This document shows, piece by piece, positions 36,468-46,150 of a stretch of DNA of 64,000 nt. The DNA comes from an uncultured Chloroflexia bacterium (GTDB taxonomy: Bacteria > Chloroflexota > Limnocylindria > Limnocylindrales > CSP1-4). The stretch covers positions 94-64,093 of the forward strand of contig CAVPJO010000015.1 in assembly GCA_963705425.1 (NCBI GenBank), read 5' to 3'. Position numbers and translations under genes: made by a program. The stretch's first letter is position 1. Each line of letters begins with the position of its first letter. The notes under the pieces were generated by a model. The model searched no databases. It was not told where the DNA came from and was given only the letters and a program-made list of their open reading frames with translations.

Positions 36468-37115
36468 ATGGAACGAAGCCTGCACTACTTCCGCCTCTTG
36501 CCCGGCACCGAGCGACTGTTCGACCGGATGCACGCTGACATCGCGCCGGAGGTGGCCGCGGACATGGCCGCTGCCGGACTTCACGATGTCACGGTCTTCC
36601 GCCGCGGCACCGACGCCTGGCGCTATGCCCTCGCCGAGCCCGACAGGGAGACGGCCTACCGGCGCTACCTGGCGCAGCCCTCGACGCAGGCCCGACGGCG
36701 CGATCTGCGGGGCATCGTGGCCGAGCTCGAGGCACCCGGCGGCGGGCTCATCTGGTTCGACGAGGTCTTCCATACCGACGCCCCAGGCCCCGGCGGCCCC
36801 TGGCAGCGCGGCTTCTTCACGATGGTCATCGACACCGAGCACGCCGCGCTGTATGACCGGCTCCACGCGGATCCATGGCCGGAGATGATCGAGGCCATCG
36901 CCGAGGCCGGCTACCGTGACTACACCGGCTTCCGCCGCGGTGCCCAGGTCGTGTACTACGGGCGCTACTACCCCGACTTCGAGACGGTCATCGACAACAT
37001 CAACGGTACCGACGTGGCCGCGCGCTGGGGTGCAGCGCTGGGCGATGCCATCACGGCCTTCACCGACGAGGACGGGCGCAACTTCAGCGCACGCGAGGTC
37101 TACCACGTCGACTGA
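36468..37115 (+). CDS. Tandem L-rhamnose-mutarotase-like (RhaM/DUF718) domain protein
   Basis: Uninterrupted 215 aa made of two about 100-aa halves. Each has the RhaM-like pattern: H..I.PE...(A)AG..(D)..F.R and a C-terminal (E)V(F/Y)H(T/V)D. Confidence 0.7.
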   Translation: MERSLHYFRLLPGTERLFDRMHADIAPEVAADMAAAGLHDVTVFRRGTDAWRYALAEPDRETAYRRYLAQPSTQARRRDLRGIVAELEAPGGGLIWFDEVFHTDAPGPGGPWQRGFFTMVIDTEHAALYDRLHADPWPEMIEAIAEAGYRDYTGFRRGAQVVYYGRYYPDFETVIDNINGTDVAARWGAALGDAITAFTDEDGRNFSAREVYHVD

Positions 37116-37130
37116 CGACGGGCCCGGTGG

Positions 37131-38156
37131 CTAGGCCGGGACGGGGGCGTCCTCGCGCAGCAGGCCCTCGACCTTGAGTTCGGCCCACAGGTCGGCGGGG
37201 ATGGGGTGGCGGAAGGTGGCCACGTTGCGCTCCACCTGCGCTGCCGAGGCCGCGCCGGGGATCACCGCCGAGATGACCGGGTGGCCCATCACGAACTGCA
37301 ACGCTGCGGCGGCGATAGGCACGTCGTGGCGGGCACAGACGGCCTCGATGCGGCGCACCTTCTCCATCGTCGCCTCGTCGGCAGGCCGGTAGTCGGAGCG
37401 CGCCCCGGGGACGGCACCGGTGGCCAGGATGCCCGACTGGAACGGTGCTCCGATGACGACGCTGATGCCGCGCTCCGCGCAGACGCCGAACTCCTCGTCG
37501 AGCATCTCCTGTCGCAGCAGCGTGTAGGGCATGGCCACCAGCCAGAAGTCCGGCTCACAGAAACGCAGGAAGCGAGCCATCATGCCGGTCTCGTTGATGC
37601 CGGCGCCGATGGCCTTGAGCAGGCCGCTGCGACGCAGCTCCTCGAGAGCACGCCAGCCGTCGCGCTCGAGCTGGTCAAGGTAGTGCTGCACCTGCGCCTC
37701 GGTCTGGTGGGTCCAGAAGTCGAGGTCGTGGATGACGCCGATGTCGTACCAGGCCATGCCCAGGCGCAGCTGGCTCTGCTCGTAGCTGCGCATGATGCCG
37801 TCGTAGGTGTAGTCGTGGTAGTGGACGAAGGGCGCCGGGGCGACCCACGGCGAGAGGTCCGGCTCGGAACCGGGCACCGCCGCATCGAAGCAGCGGCCGA
37901 CCTTGGAGGAGAGGATGTACTCGTCGCGCGGCCGGTAGCGCAGCCCGGCGCCGGTGCGCAGCTCCGAGAGGCCGCGGCCGTACCACGGTGAGGTGTCGAA
38001 GTAGCGGATGCCCGCCTCCCAGGCTGCCCCGATGGTGTCGAGGGCATCCTGCTCGGAGACCTCGCGGTAGATCGAGCCGTACGAGGCGCCGCCCAGCCCC
38101 AGCTGCGTGACCTCGACGCCACTCCGGCCCAGGGGCCGCCTGATGGTCGGATCCAT
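37131..38156 (-). CDS. Aldo/keto reductase
   Basis: Uninterrupted 341 aa with LGLGGASYG, IRYFDTSPWYGRGLSE and IPGAASAAQVERN. Confidence 0.85.
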   Translation of the reverse strand: MDPTIRRPLGRSGVEVTQLGLGGASYGSIYREVSEQDALDTIGAAWEAGIRYFDTSPWYGRGLSELRTGAGLRYRPRDEYILSSKVGRCFDAAVPGSEPDLSPWVAPAPFVHYHDYTYDGIMRSYEQSQLRLGMAWYDIGVIHDLDFWTHQTEAQVQHYLDQLERDGWRALEELRRSGLLKAIGAGINETGMMARFLRFCEPDFWLVAMPYTLLRQEMLDEEFGVCAERGISVVIGAPFQSGILATGAVPGARSDYRPADEATMEKVRRIEAVCARHDVPIAAAALQFVMGHPVISAVIPGAASAAQVERNVATFRHPIPADLWAELKVEGLLREDAPVPA

Positions 38157-38200
38157 GGCCCTCCCCCTAGTGCCGACGCTCCGGGGTCATCGACGCCCTC

Positions 38201-39367
38201 CTAGCCCCGGGCCCCGACGGAGCCGGGGTCCTCGAGCACGATCTCCGATCGGTATCGGTCGACCACCTCTTGGCTGATCTCGATCCCCAGCCCGGGCTTG
38301 GTCGGAGGGTAGAACCAGCCATCCTGGTGGTCGAGCGGCTCGGCTACCAGGTCGTGCTGCATGGGGTTGCGCAGCGGCTTGACCTCGATGAGCTTGGCGC
38401 TGCTGGTGGCGAAGCTGACGGCCAGGCTGGCCGCGGTGACGATGGCCGACGACCAGGCATGGGCGTTGGACTGACGACGATGCTGCTCCACCCGTTCGGT
38501 CACCTTGCGGAACCCGGTGATGCCCTGCGCGCGGCCAGGGTCGACGCCGATCACGTCGACCGTGCCCGTGGCCAGCACCCGTTCGTATCCGGCGGCATCC
38601 CACTCCTTCTCACCATAGGCGATGAGGGTGCTCGTCCGGGTCCGCAGGTCGGCGTATCCAGACGGGTCCCAGGCCCCGAGCGGCTCCTCGATCCAGTGCA
38701 GGCCCCATTCCTCGAAAGCCGCGATACGGCGGCTGGCGGTCATCACGTCCCAGGTGGTCCTCCAGCCGCAGTCGATCATGATCAGCTGGTCGGGACCGAG
38801 TCCCTCGCGCAAGCGACGCATGTACTCGACGTCGCGATCGTGCTCATAGCCCAGGTGTGCGTCACCACGCTTGCCGAAGCCCACCTTCACGCCATGCAGA
38901 CCCGGCGCTACCCACTCCTGGGCTTCCTCCACCATCCGTCCGATATCGGCATGGTGCGCATGGCAGGAGGCCACGGCAGGCAGCTTCTCGTGCACGGCAC
39001 CGCCGAGGAGCTGCACCACGGGGACCCCCAGCAGCTTGCCCTTGGTGTCCCACAGCGCGATATCGATGGCGGCGATGGCGAACGAGGCCAGGCCGCCGTT
39101 GTAGCCATACCACCAGGCGCGATCATGGAGGCTGTGCCAGATGGCCACGTTGTCGAGCGGGTCGCGCCCGACCAGCAGCTCGGCCATGCCCTCGATGAGC
39201 GCCCTGGTCGCGAAGGTGGACTCCGCCCACATGGTGATCGACTCGCCCCAGCCGGTGATCCCGTCGGCCGTGGTGATCTTGACCAGGCAGAGGCTGCGCA
39301 GGGCGTCGAAGTCGTTGGGCTCCGGGTAGGAGACGGGGATGGCCTCGACCCTGGCGATCCTGTCCAC
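38201..39367 (-). CDS. Enolase-superfamily (mandelate racemase/muconate lactonizing enzyme family) sugar-acid dehydratase-like protein
   Basis: Uninterrupted, with ITGWGESI, GVKVGFGKRGD, LIMIDCGW and HWIEEPL. The start is assigned to the GTG at 39367, 10 nt after GAGGAGGG. Confidence 0.82.
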   Translation of the reverse strand: MDRIARVEAIPVSYPEPNDFDALRSLCLVKITTADGITGWGESITMWAESTFATRALIEGMAELLVGRDPLDNVAIWHSLHDRAWWYGYNGGLASFAIAAIDIALWDTKGKLLGVPVVQLLGGAVHEKLPAVASCHAHHADIGRMVEEAQEWVAPGLHGVKVGFGKRGDAHLGYEHDRDVEYMRRLREGLGPDQLIMIDCGWRTTWDVMTASRRIAAFEEWGLHWIEEPLGAWDPSGYADLRTRTSTLIAYGEKEWDAAGYERVLATGTVDVIGVDPGRAQGITGFRKVTERVEQHRRQSNAHAWSSAIVTAASLAVSFATSSAKLIEVKPLRNPMQHDLVAEPLDHQDGWFYPPTKPGLGIEISQEVVDRYRSEIVLEDPGSVGARG

Positions 39368-39499
39368 GAGATGCGGTCCCTCCTCGGACTGAGATGGCGT
39401 GGCCTGCGCCGGTCGAGTGTATTGCACCGTCGGGGCAGCGGATGGGCGGGTGGCCATGGCTCGGCGGTTATCATCCGCTGATCGAGCGGGAGGCATGCG

Positions 39500-40578
39500 A
39501 TGGTCATGACCAAGCTACGCGTCGGCGTCATCGGGGCAGGTTCCTGGGCCGTGAGTTCACACCTGCCCAACCTGGTGCGACGTCGTGACGCGGGTGAGAT
39601 CGAGCTGACCATCGTCAACCGCCGCAACGCCGACATCCTCGAGCGCATCAGGGAGACCTTCGACTTCCGAGAGGCGACCACCGACTGGCAGGAGGTCATC
39701 GCCGCCGAGCCGGATGTGGTCATCGTGGCCAGCCCGCCGCGGCTGCACCACGCGCAGGCCAAGGCGGCGCTCGAAGCGGGCGCTCATGTCATGTGCGAGA
39801 AGCCGTTCACCATCGAGCCCGGCGGATGCCTGGGACCTCGAGGCCACGGTGCGACGGACCGGGCGCGAGCTGTTCATCGCCTACGGCTGGAACTACCGAC
39901 CCATGGTCATCGAGGCACATCGGTTGATGCGCGAGGATGGCGGCATCGGCGAGATCGAGCACGTCTCGCTGCGCATGGACTCGCCCACCAGGGAGTTGCT
40001 GTCGGAGACCGGCTCCTACCACGACGCCGATGCGGAGCTGGCGCCCAATCCCGACACGTGGACGCGTCCGGAGACCGCCGGCGGCGGCTATGGCCAGGCG
40101 CAGCTGACACACCTGCTGGGCATGATGCTGTGGCTCACCGACCTGCGCGGTGAGGCCGCCTTCGCGCTGATGACGCAGCCGCTGGGCGCCGAGGTGGAGC
40201 TCCACGACGCGGTCGCGATGCGCTTCAGCAGCGGTGCCATCGGCTCGATGGGCGGGGCCTCCTCGCACGTGGGCGCAGCCGGCAACCGCCACGGTGTGGA
40301 GGTCCACGTCGTCGGGCGATCGAGGCATGTTCCACGTGGACCTGCGCGACGACGTGCTGTGGCGTTACCGCGGTGAGCATGACGACCTTCGGGTGCCGCT
40401 CGCGACCGGCGCCGGTCTCTACGACTGCATCGGCCCCATCGACGCGGTCGTGGATGCGGCCCTGGGCAAGGCACCACCGAACAACTCGCCGGCCGAGCTG
40501 GGTGCCCGCACCGTGGAGATCCTGGATGCCGCCTATCGGTCGGCGGCAAGCGGCATGCTCGAAGCCATCAGGCCGTAG
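39500..40578 (+). CDS. Gfo/Idh/MocA-family oxidoreductase; 2 frame interruptions (about 39815 and 40310)
   Basis: Rossmann start VGVIGAGSWAVSSHLPNL and the EKP motif MCEKPFT. The middle lies in ORF 39714 and the C-terminus in ORF 40234 (GARTVEILDAAYRSAASG). Confidence 0.8.
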
Positions 40579-40668
40579 CCGGCGGCGGTCGCGTCGGGCG
40601 CCCCTGGCGCGGGAGGTGCGCCACCATGGCGATATCCTGCAGGTCACGCGAGGAAGGGAGATCGGAGC

Positions 40669-41855
40669 ATGAGGACCGAGCATGGGGGCCCTGACGAACC
40701 GACGCAGCTCGCGCGCGGGCTGGGCCGGGACACGCTGCGCATCGAGCGCATCGAGACCGTCGCCGTCCGCGCCCCGCTGGCGCGACGCTTCGAGGGCAGC
40801 GCCTACTCGATGGTGAATCGGGCCACCATCATCACTCGACTGTTCACCGCCGACGGCGTCGTCGCCGAGGTCTACAACGGCGACACCGACGTCGAGCAGC
40901 CGATCATCGTCGACATCATCCACGACGAGCTGGCCCCTCGCGTGCTCGGACGCAGCGCCACCGACCCGGAGGGTGCGTGGGCGGCCATGGAGCCGTCCAC
41001 CAACGACATCCTGCGTGACCGTGGCCTGGCGCTGCAGGCCATCGCCTGCGTCGATACGGCCATCTGGGATGCCCTGGCTCGCGCCCTCGAGGCGCCGCTG
41101 CATCGCGTCTGGGGTTCGGTCACCGATTCGCTGCCGATGAGCGTCATCGGCGGCTACTACCATCTCGATGCCGATCAGACGCGCCGGGTCGTGGCCGACT
41201 ACGCGACGCGCTTCGCGGGCATGAAGTTCAAGGTCGGCGGCCGCTCTCCGGCCGAGGATGCCGAGCGCGTGCGCTGGCGCCCGCGAGGCGGCCGGTCCCG
41301 ACTTCGTCGATCATGGTCGATGCCAACCAGGGCTACGAGCGCGCCGAGGCCGTGGAGTTCGGCAGGCGCGTGGCCGAGCTGGACATCCGCTGGTTCGAGG
41401 AGCCCTGCCGCTGGACGAACGACCGGCGCTGGATGCGCGACGTGCGCTACCAGACCGGTCTGCCGGTCACGGCCGGCCAGAGCGAGGTGACGCTGGCGGG
41501 CTGCGCGACCTCGTGGTCGAGGACGCCATCGACGTCAGCAACTTCGATGCCTCGTGGTCCGGCGGACCGACGGTCTGGCGGCGAGCAGCCGGGTTGTGCG
41601 CCGCCTTCGGCGTCGAGATGGGTCACCACGAGGAGCCCCAGGTCGTCGTCGCATCTCCTGGCCAGCGTGCCCCGCCACACCTTCGTGGAATGCTTCGACG
41701 AGGAACGCGACCCGTTCTTCTGGCAGCTCTCGGACCTGTCCTCGTTCCTGCACGAGGGCCGGCTGCACCTGCCCGAACGGCCCGGCCTCGGCATCGTCTT
41801 CGACACCGACTACGTCGATCGCTGGACGGTCGACCGGCGCACCACCACAGCCTGA
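40669..41855 (+). CDS. Second enolase-superfamily (mandelate racemase-like) enzyme; at least 4 frame interruptions
   Basis: IERIETVAVRAPL, AIACVDTAIWD, GMKFKVGG, LMVDANQGY, IRWFEEPC and GHHEEPQV, alternating between frames 40669, 41258 and 41313. Confidence 0.78.
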
Positions 41856-41899
41856 CCCAGCTGAGGGCGAGGCCGGTGCCCCTCGGCCGGGCGAGGCGC

Positions 41900-42939
41900 C
41901 TACGCTCGCTCGCCCAGCTCGACCACCGTCTTGATGGCGTCGCCCGTTCCGGCCAGGCGGTGCGCGATGGCCTCGGCGTCGAAGCCCTGGATGCGGTCGG
42001 TGATGAGCCCGGTCAGCCAGCCCCTGGTGTCGGGCCTCGGTTTGGGCCTCGGCGATGGTGGCCGCAGCCTGGACATAGTCGTCCCGGGCGGCTGCCGCGC
42101 TGCCCACGATGACGCGGTTGTAGAGCACGAGGGCCTGGTTGAGGCGCGCCATGTCGACGTGCAGCGGCCGCTGACCGGGGGTCACGCTGAAGAGCGCCAA
42201 GGCGCCGTTGGCGGCCAGCGCAGCCACGGCCGGCTCGATGAGCGCGGCGACACCGGAGCCCTCGAAGACGATGTCGAAGGGGCCGTCGCGCTCGACGAGC
42301 GCGGTCAGGTCCAGCTGCCCAGCGGCGGCGTAGCGGGCGCCGATGCGCTCGATGAGCTCGCTGTTGCGATACGGCGCGGGCCGTCGCGCGTAGGTGGTGA
42401 CCTCGAGACCGCGCAGCCGCAGCGCCAAGCGTGGCCAGCAGGCCGATGGTGCCCGCACCGGTCACCAGCGCACGTCGCGGCTCCCACAGGTCCAGGCGTG
42501 TCTGCACCTGGTCCGCCTGGCGCAGTGACTTGGTGATGCAGGAGAGCGGCTCGGTGAGGATGGCCACGTCCTCCAGCTCGTCAGGGATGGGCACGAGATA
42601 GCGCGCGTCGACCACGACCTCCTCGGCCATCAGCCCGTGGGCCCGACTGATGCCGGTCTCGATGAAGACGTCGTCGGTGGAGAGATCGGGGCGGCCGATG
42701 CGGTCGTAGGCGCTGCCTCCGGGCCGGCGGATGGTGACGACCACGAGCTGGCCGACCGCAACGTCGCTGACCGATGGCCCGACCTCGACGACACGGCCCA
42801 GCGATTCGTGGCCAAGGACGAGGTAGTCGTCGCCCTCGGGCGCGCGGCCGTACTCCCCTGCGGCGAGGTCGGCGTCCGTGCCGCACAGTCCGGCGCGCAT
42901 GATCTGCACGCGGGCGCCGCGACCGTCGGGGACTGTCAT
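41900..42939 (-). CDS. Zinc-type medium-chain dehydrogenase (glucose/threonine dehydrogenase-like); 2 frame interruptions
   Basis: N-terminus in ORF 42013-42939 with CGTDADLAAGEYG and LGHESLGRVVEVG. The middle lies in ORF 41535-42458. The C-terminus GWLTGLITDRIQGFDAEAIAHRLAGTGDAIKTVVELGERA ends at stop 41900-41902. Confidence 0.78.
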
Positions 42940-43056
42940 CGAGGCGCGGGCGCGGCCACGTCGCGCAGGTGCACGGAATCGGGCGTGCCCGGCCGGATGG
43001 CGATGGCCTTCATGACCCCAGCCTAGCCCTCCGGCCGGCTCTCGGTCGGACGTGGT

Positions 43057-43942
43057 CTAGAGGCGGTGGAGCGGACGCGTCAGACAGGTGGGGCCGCCTT
43101 CGCAGGGCAGGCACAGCTCGTCCGCCTCGAAGGTGGTGACCTCGCAGCCGGCGGCACGCATCAGCCGAGCCGTCTCTGGGAAGCCGGCGATGGCGAGACA
43201 ACGTCGGGGTGCGCTGGGCAGGACGTTGAGGTTGAGGCCGGCACTGGCCTCGAACTCATCTTCGGGGACGTGGAGCAACTCGTAGCCCATCGCCACCATG
43301 CGCTCGTAGAGCGCCACCGGCACGAGCGGGGCATAGACGAGCGCGAGATCGGCATCGATTGGGTTCACCACGGACAGCAGGTGCAGGCATGCCTCGGGGC
43401 CCTGGAACCAGGGCATGTCGTAGGCCTCGATGGTGATGCCGTGCCGCGCCACGATCTCCGTCAGCTGCTCGATGCCGGCCTGGTTGGTGCGGTAGCCGCG
43501 GCCCACCGCGATGGTGCTCGCATCGAGCCAGAGGCAATCGCCACCCTCGACCGTGCCGGGCGCTTCGATAGCACCGACGATGGGCAGGAGCCCCTGGTAG
43601 AAGCGCCGGTGCAGCTCGGCCTCGTCGATCCGGGCCGCCTTGCCCGGTCGCAGGATGATGGCACCCGCCGGGATGGTGAACGACGGGATCGTAGGTGAAG
43701 ACGGAATCGGCGAGACCGTCGTCCTCATCGGCGTCGATCCAGTGGATGGTGGCACCGTGGGCCTCGAGCAATGCCGCGAACGCATCGAACTGGGCGGTCA
43801 GGGCCACGGCGTCGATCGGCTTGGCGTAGTGCCAGGCCGCGGGATCGGCCGTGAGGATGGCTCGAGGGCGGCGCATGGCCACGTGCCGCAGTGGGCCGGC
43901 CATCGAGTCGACGCCGAACCGATCGAGTCGGTCGGATGTCAT
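43057..43942 (-). CDS. Amidinotransferase-fold enzyme (dimethylarginine dimethylaminohydrolase/arginine deiminase-like); one frame interruption near 43690
   Basis: N-terminus MTSDRLDRFGVDSMAGPLRHVAMRRP..ADSVFTYDP in ORF 43256. The C-terminal 240 aa lie in ORF 43057-43785 with GGDCLWLD, RTNQAGIEQL and the catalytic-Cys context LPCEGGPTCLTRPL. Confidence 0.75.
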
Positions 43943-44056
43943 CGTCCGAGTGTAGGGCCCACTCGATGGGGACTCCGCTTCCTGGACATCCGCGACCCTC
44001 GGCAACGCCCGACCAGGATCCTGGATCGCGACGTCGGCCGCATGCCGCCGGAATCC

Positions 44057-44089
44057 AAAGCGGACGGTGGTACGTCCACCGTCCGCTTT
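44057..44089 (-). terminator. Strong hairpin terminator downstream of glnA
   Basis: Perfect 14-bp stem AAAGCGGACGGTGG/CCACCGTCCGCTTT with loop TACGT. A/T runs on both sides make it potentially bidirectional. It lies 66 nt after the glnA stop. Confidence 0.7.
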
Positions 44090-44154
44090 GATGACTCCCA
44101 GGGCGCCTCACAGCCCCAGGAGGGCGACTCCCAAAGGAAACTGCGTTCGTATCG

Positions 44155-45542
44155 CTAGTAGGCCTCGAGGTAGCGGTCCAGCTCCCAACCGGTGATCTGC
44201 TGGGAGTACTCGTCCCACTCCTCGCGTCTTGGCCTCGAGATAGTGGCTGTAGACGTGGTCACCAAGCGCCTCGGCGATGACCTCGTCCTTCTCCATGCTC
44301 GTCGATGGCCTCGCCGAGCGAGCCGGGCAGCTCCTTGATGCCCTTCTCGAGGACGCGCTCGGGCGACATCTCGAAGAGGCTCTCCTCGACCGGGTCGGCC
44401 AGCTTCATGCCCTTCTCGATGCCGTCGAGACCGGCCGCCAGCATGGCCGCGAAGGCCAGGTACGGGTTGGCGGTCGGGTCGGGACAGCGCACCTCGCAGC
44501 GGGTGGCCTCGACCGAGCGGCCCGGCGAGACCTTGGGCACGCGGATCAGCGCGGAACGGTTGGTGCGGCCCCAGGTCAGGTAGGTCGGCGCCTCGTAGCC
44601 GGGCACCAGGCGCTTGTAGGAGTTGACGAGTGGGCGCCAGCACGGCGCTCATGCCGCGTGCGTGAGCCAGCACGCCGGCCATGTACGACTGCGCCAGCTT
44701 GGAGAGACCGTACTTGCTGCGCGGCTCGGCGAAGGCGTTCTTCTGCTCCTCGATGGACCACAGGCTCTGGTGCGTGTGCATGCCGGAGCCGTTGATGCCC
44801 TCGATGGGCTTGGGCATGAAGGTGGCGTACAGGCCGTGCAGGTTGGCGATGGCCTTCAGCGTGAACTTGAAGGTGATGGCGTTGTCCGCGGTGGTCAGGC
44901 CGTCGCTGTACTGGAAGTCGATCTCGTGCTGGCCGTAGGCGACCTCGTGGTGGGCGGCCTCGACGCGGATGCCGAACGCCTCGAGCGCGTTGACCATGTC
45001 GCGGCGCACGGCCTGGGCGAGGTCGGTGCGGAAGTCGAAGTAGCCGCCCTGTCGTGCGGCAGTGGCGCGATGCGTTGCCGTCGGCGTCCTTGCGGAACAG
45101 GAAGAACTCCAGCTCCGGGCCGGCGTTCCAGATGTAGCCCATGTCCTCGGCGCGCGTCGAGCTGCGCTTGAGCACGCCGCGCGGGTCGCCCACGAAGGGC
45201 TGGCCGTCGGGGGTCATGACGTCGCAGATGACGCGGGCCGTGCCGCGGCTGCCGAGCGGGCCGGCGCCCAGGTCGCCGCCGCTGCCAGGGGATCTCGGCG
45301 AAGGTGCTCATGTCCGGCGCCAGCCACTGGTCGGACTCGGCGATGCGGGTGAAGCCCTCGATGGACGAGCCGTCGAACCAGGTCCCGTGCTCCAGCGACT
45401 CCTCGAGCCGGTAGAGCGGGATGGTGATGCCCTTGACGATGCCGAGCAGGTCGGTGAACTGCAGCTCGACGAAGCGGATGTCGCGCTCCTTGGCGACCTG
45501 GATCTTGTCGAGCGGATCGTTCGACGCGACTTCGATGACCAA
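44155..45542 (-). CDS. glnA: Glutamine synthetase type I; at least 6 frame interruptions
   Basis: [78 protein letters not shown] and the C-terminal [10 protein letters not shown], spread over 5 ORF-track frames. TTG start at 45542 follows AGGAGAG. Confidence 0.9.
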
Positions 45543-45880
45543 CGGTCTCTCCTCTTCCTGCCGTGCGCAGGGCCCTCGAGTCTGGATATGGGCCCACAGT
45601 GAGGCGGCACGGCGCAGTCCGAGCATAGGAGGCACCTCGTCGAGATAGGTTGCCCTCCGGTTACGCATCGGAAGCAGTCCCTGGACGATTCACGGTCGCG
45701 ACCTGATCCCGGGCGTCTTGGGGCCGGGGCTTGGGGCCGGCACTGGAGTCGCGCCATGAGACAGGCGCGTCTCAGCGGGATCCGATCCGTGCGAGCCTGA
45801 GACGCGGGCACTCAAGTGATCTCCGGGCGCCCGTTCCCGGTGGACCGGACAACTCGACAGAGCCCGAAGCGATTCGGCAG

Positions 45881-46004
45881 GTTCTTCCCGCTCAGCGGGC
45901 AGATCGGCCTGAACGGCCCCGGGTCCAGCCAAGGTTTCCCGCTGGGCGGCCAGAACCTGCAACTCCGGGGACAAGCACGTCGTGTTGTCCCGTCGAACGG
46001 GAAG
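45881..46004. repeat. Intergenic repeat element, copy R1 (related to 51341-51445)
   Basis: Shares CTTCCCG-N-CAGCGGG-AGA-CGG, AGAACCTGC and GCACGTCGT-NN-TGTCCCG-N-CGG-AA blocks, in the same order, with copy R2. It is built of short YCCCG(N3-5)CGGGR hairpins. Confidence 0.7.
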
Positions 46005-46025
46005 TCGGGAGTGGTGCGGGTGGGA

Positions 46026-46094
46026 GCGAGGGATGGGTGCCCGGCGGTGCGAGGGATGGGTGCCCGGCGGTGCGAGGGATGGGTGCCCGGCGGG
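46026..46094. repeat. Perfect 23-nt tandem repeat, 3 copies
   Basis: GCGAGGGATGGGTGCCCGGCGGT starts at 46026, 46049 and 46072. It lies in the resB-glnA intergenic region. Confidence 0.95.
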
Positions 46095-46150
46095 ATCGGC
46101 ACGCCACGTGGCAATGAGGTGGTGCGCCGCGAACGCCTCATCGAGCCGGC

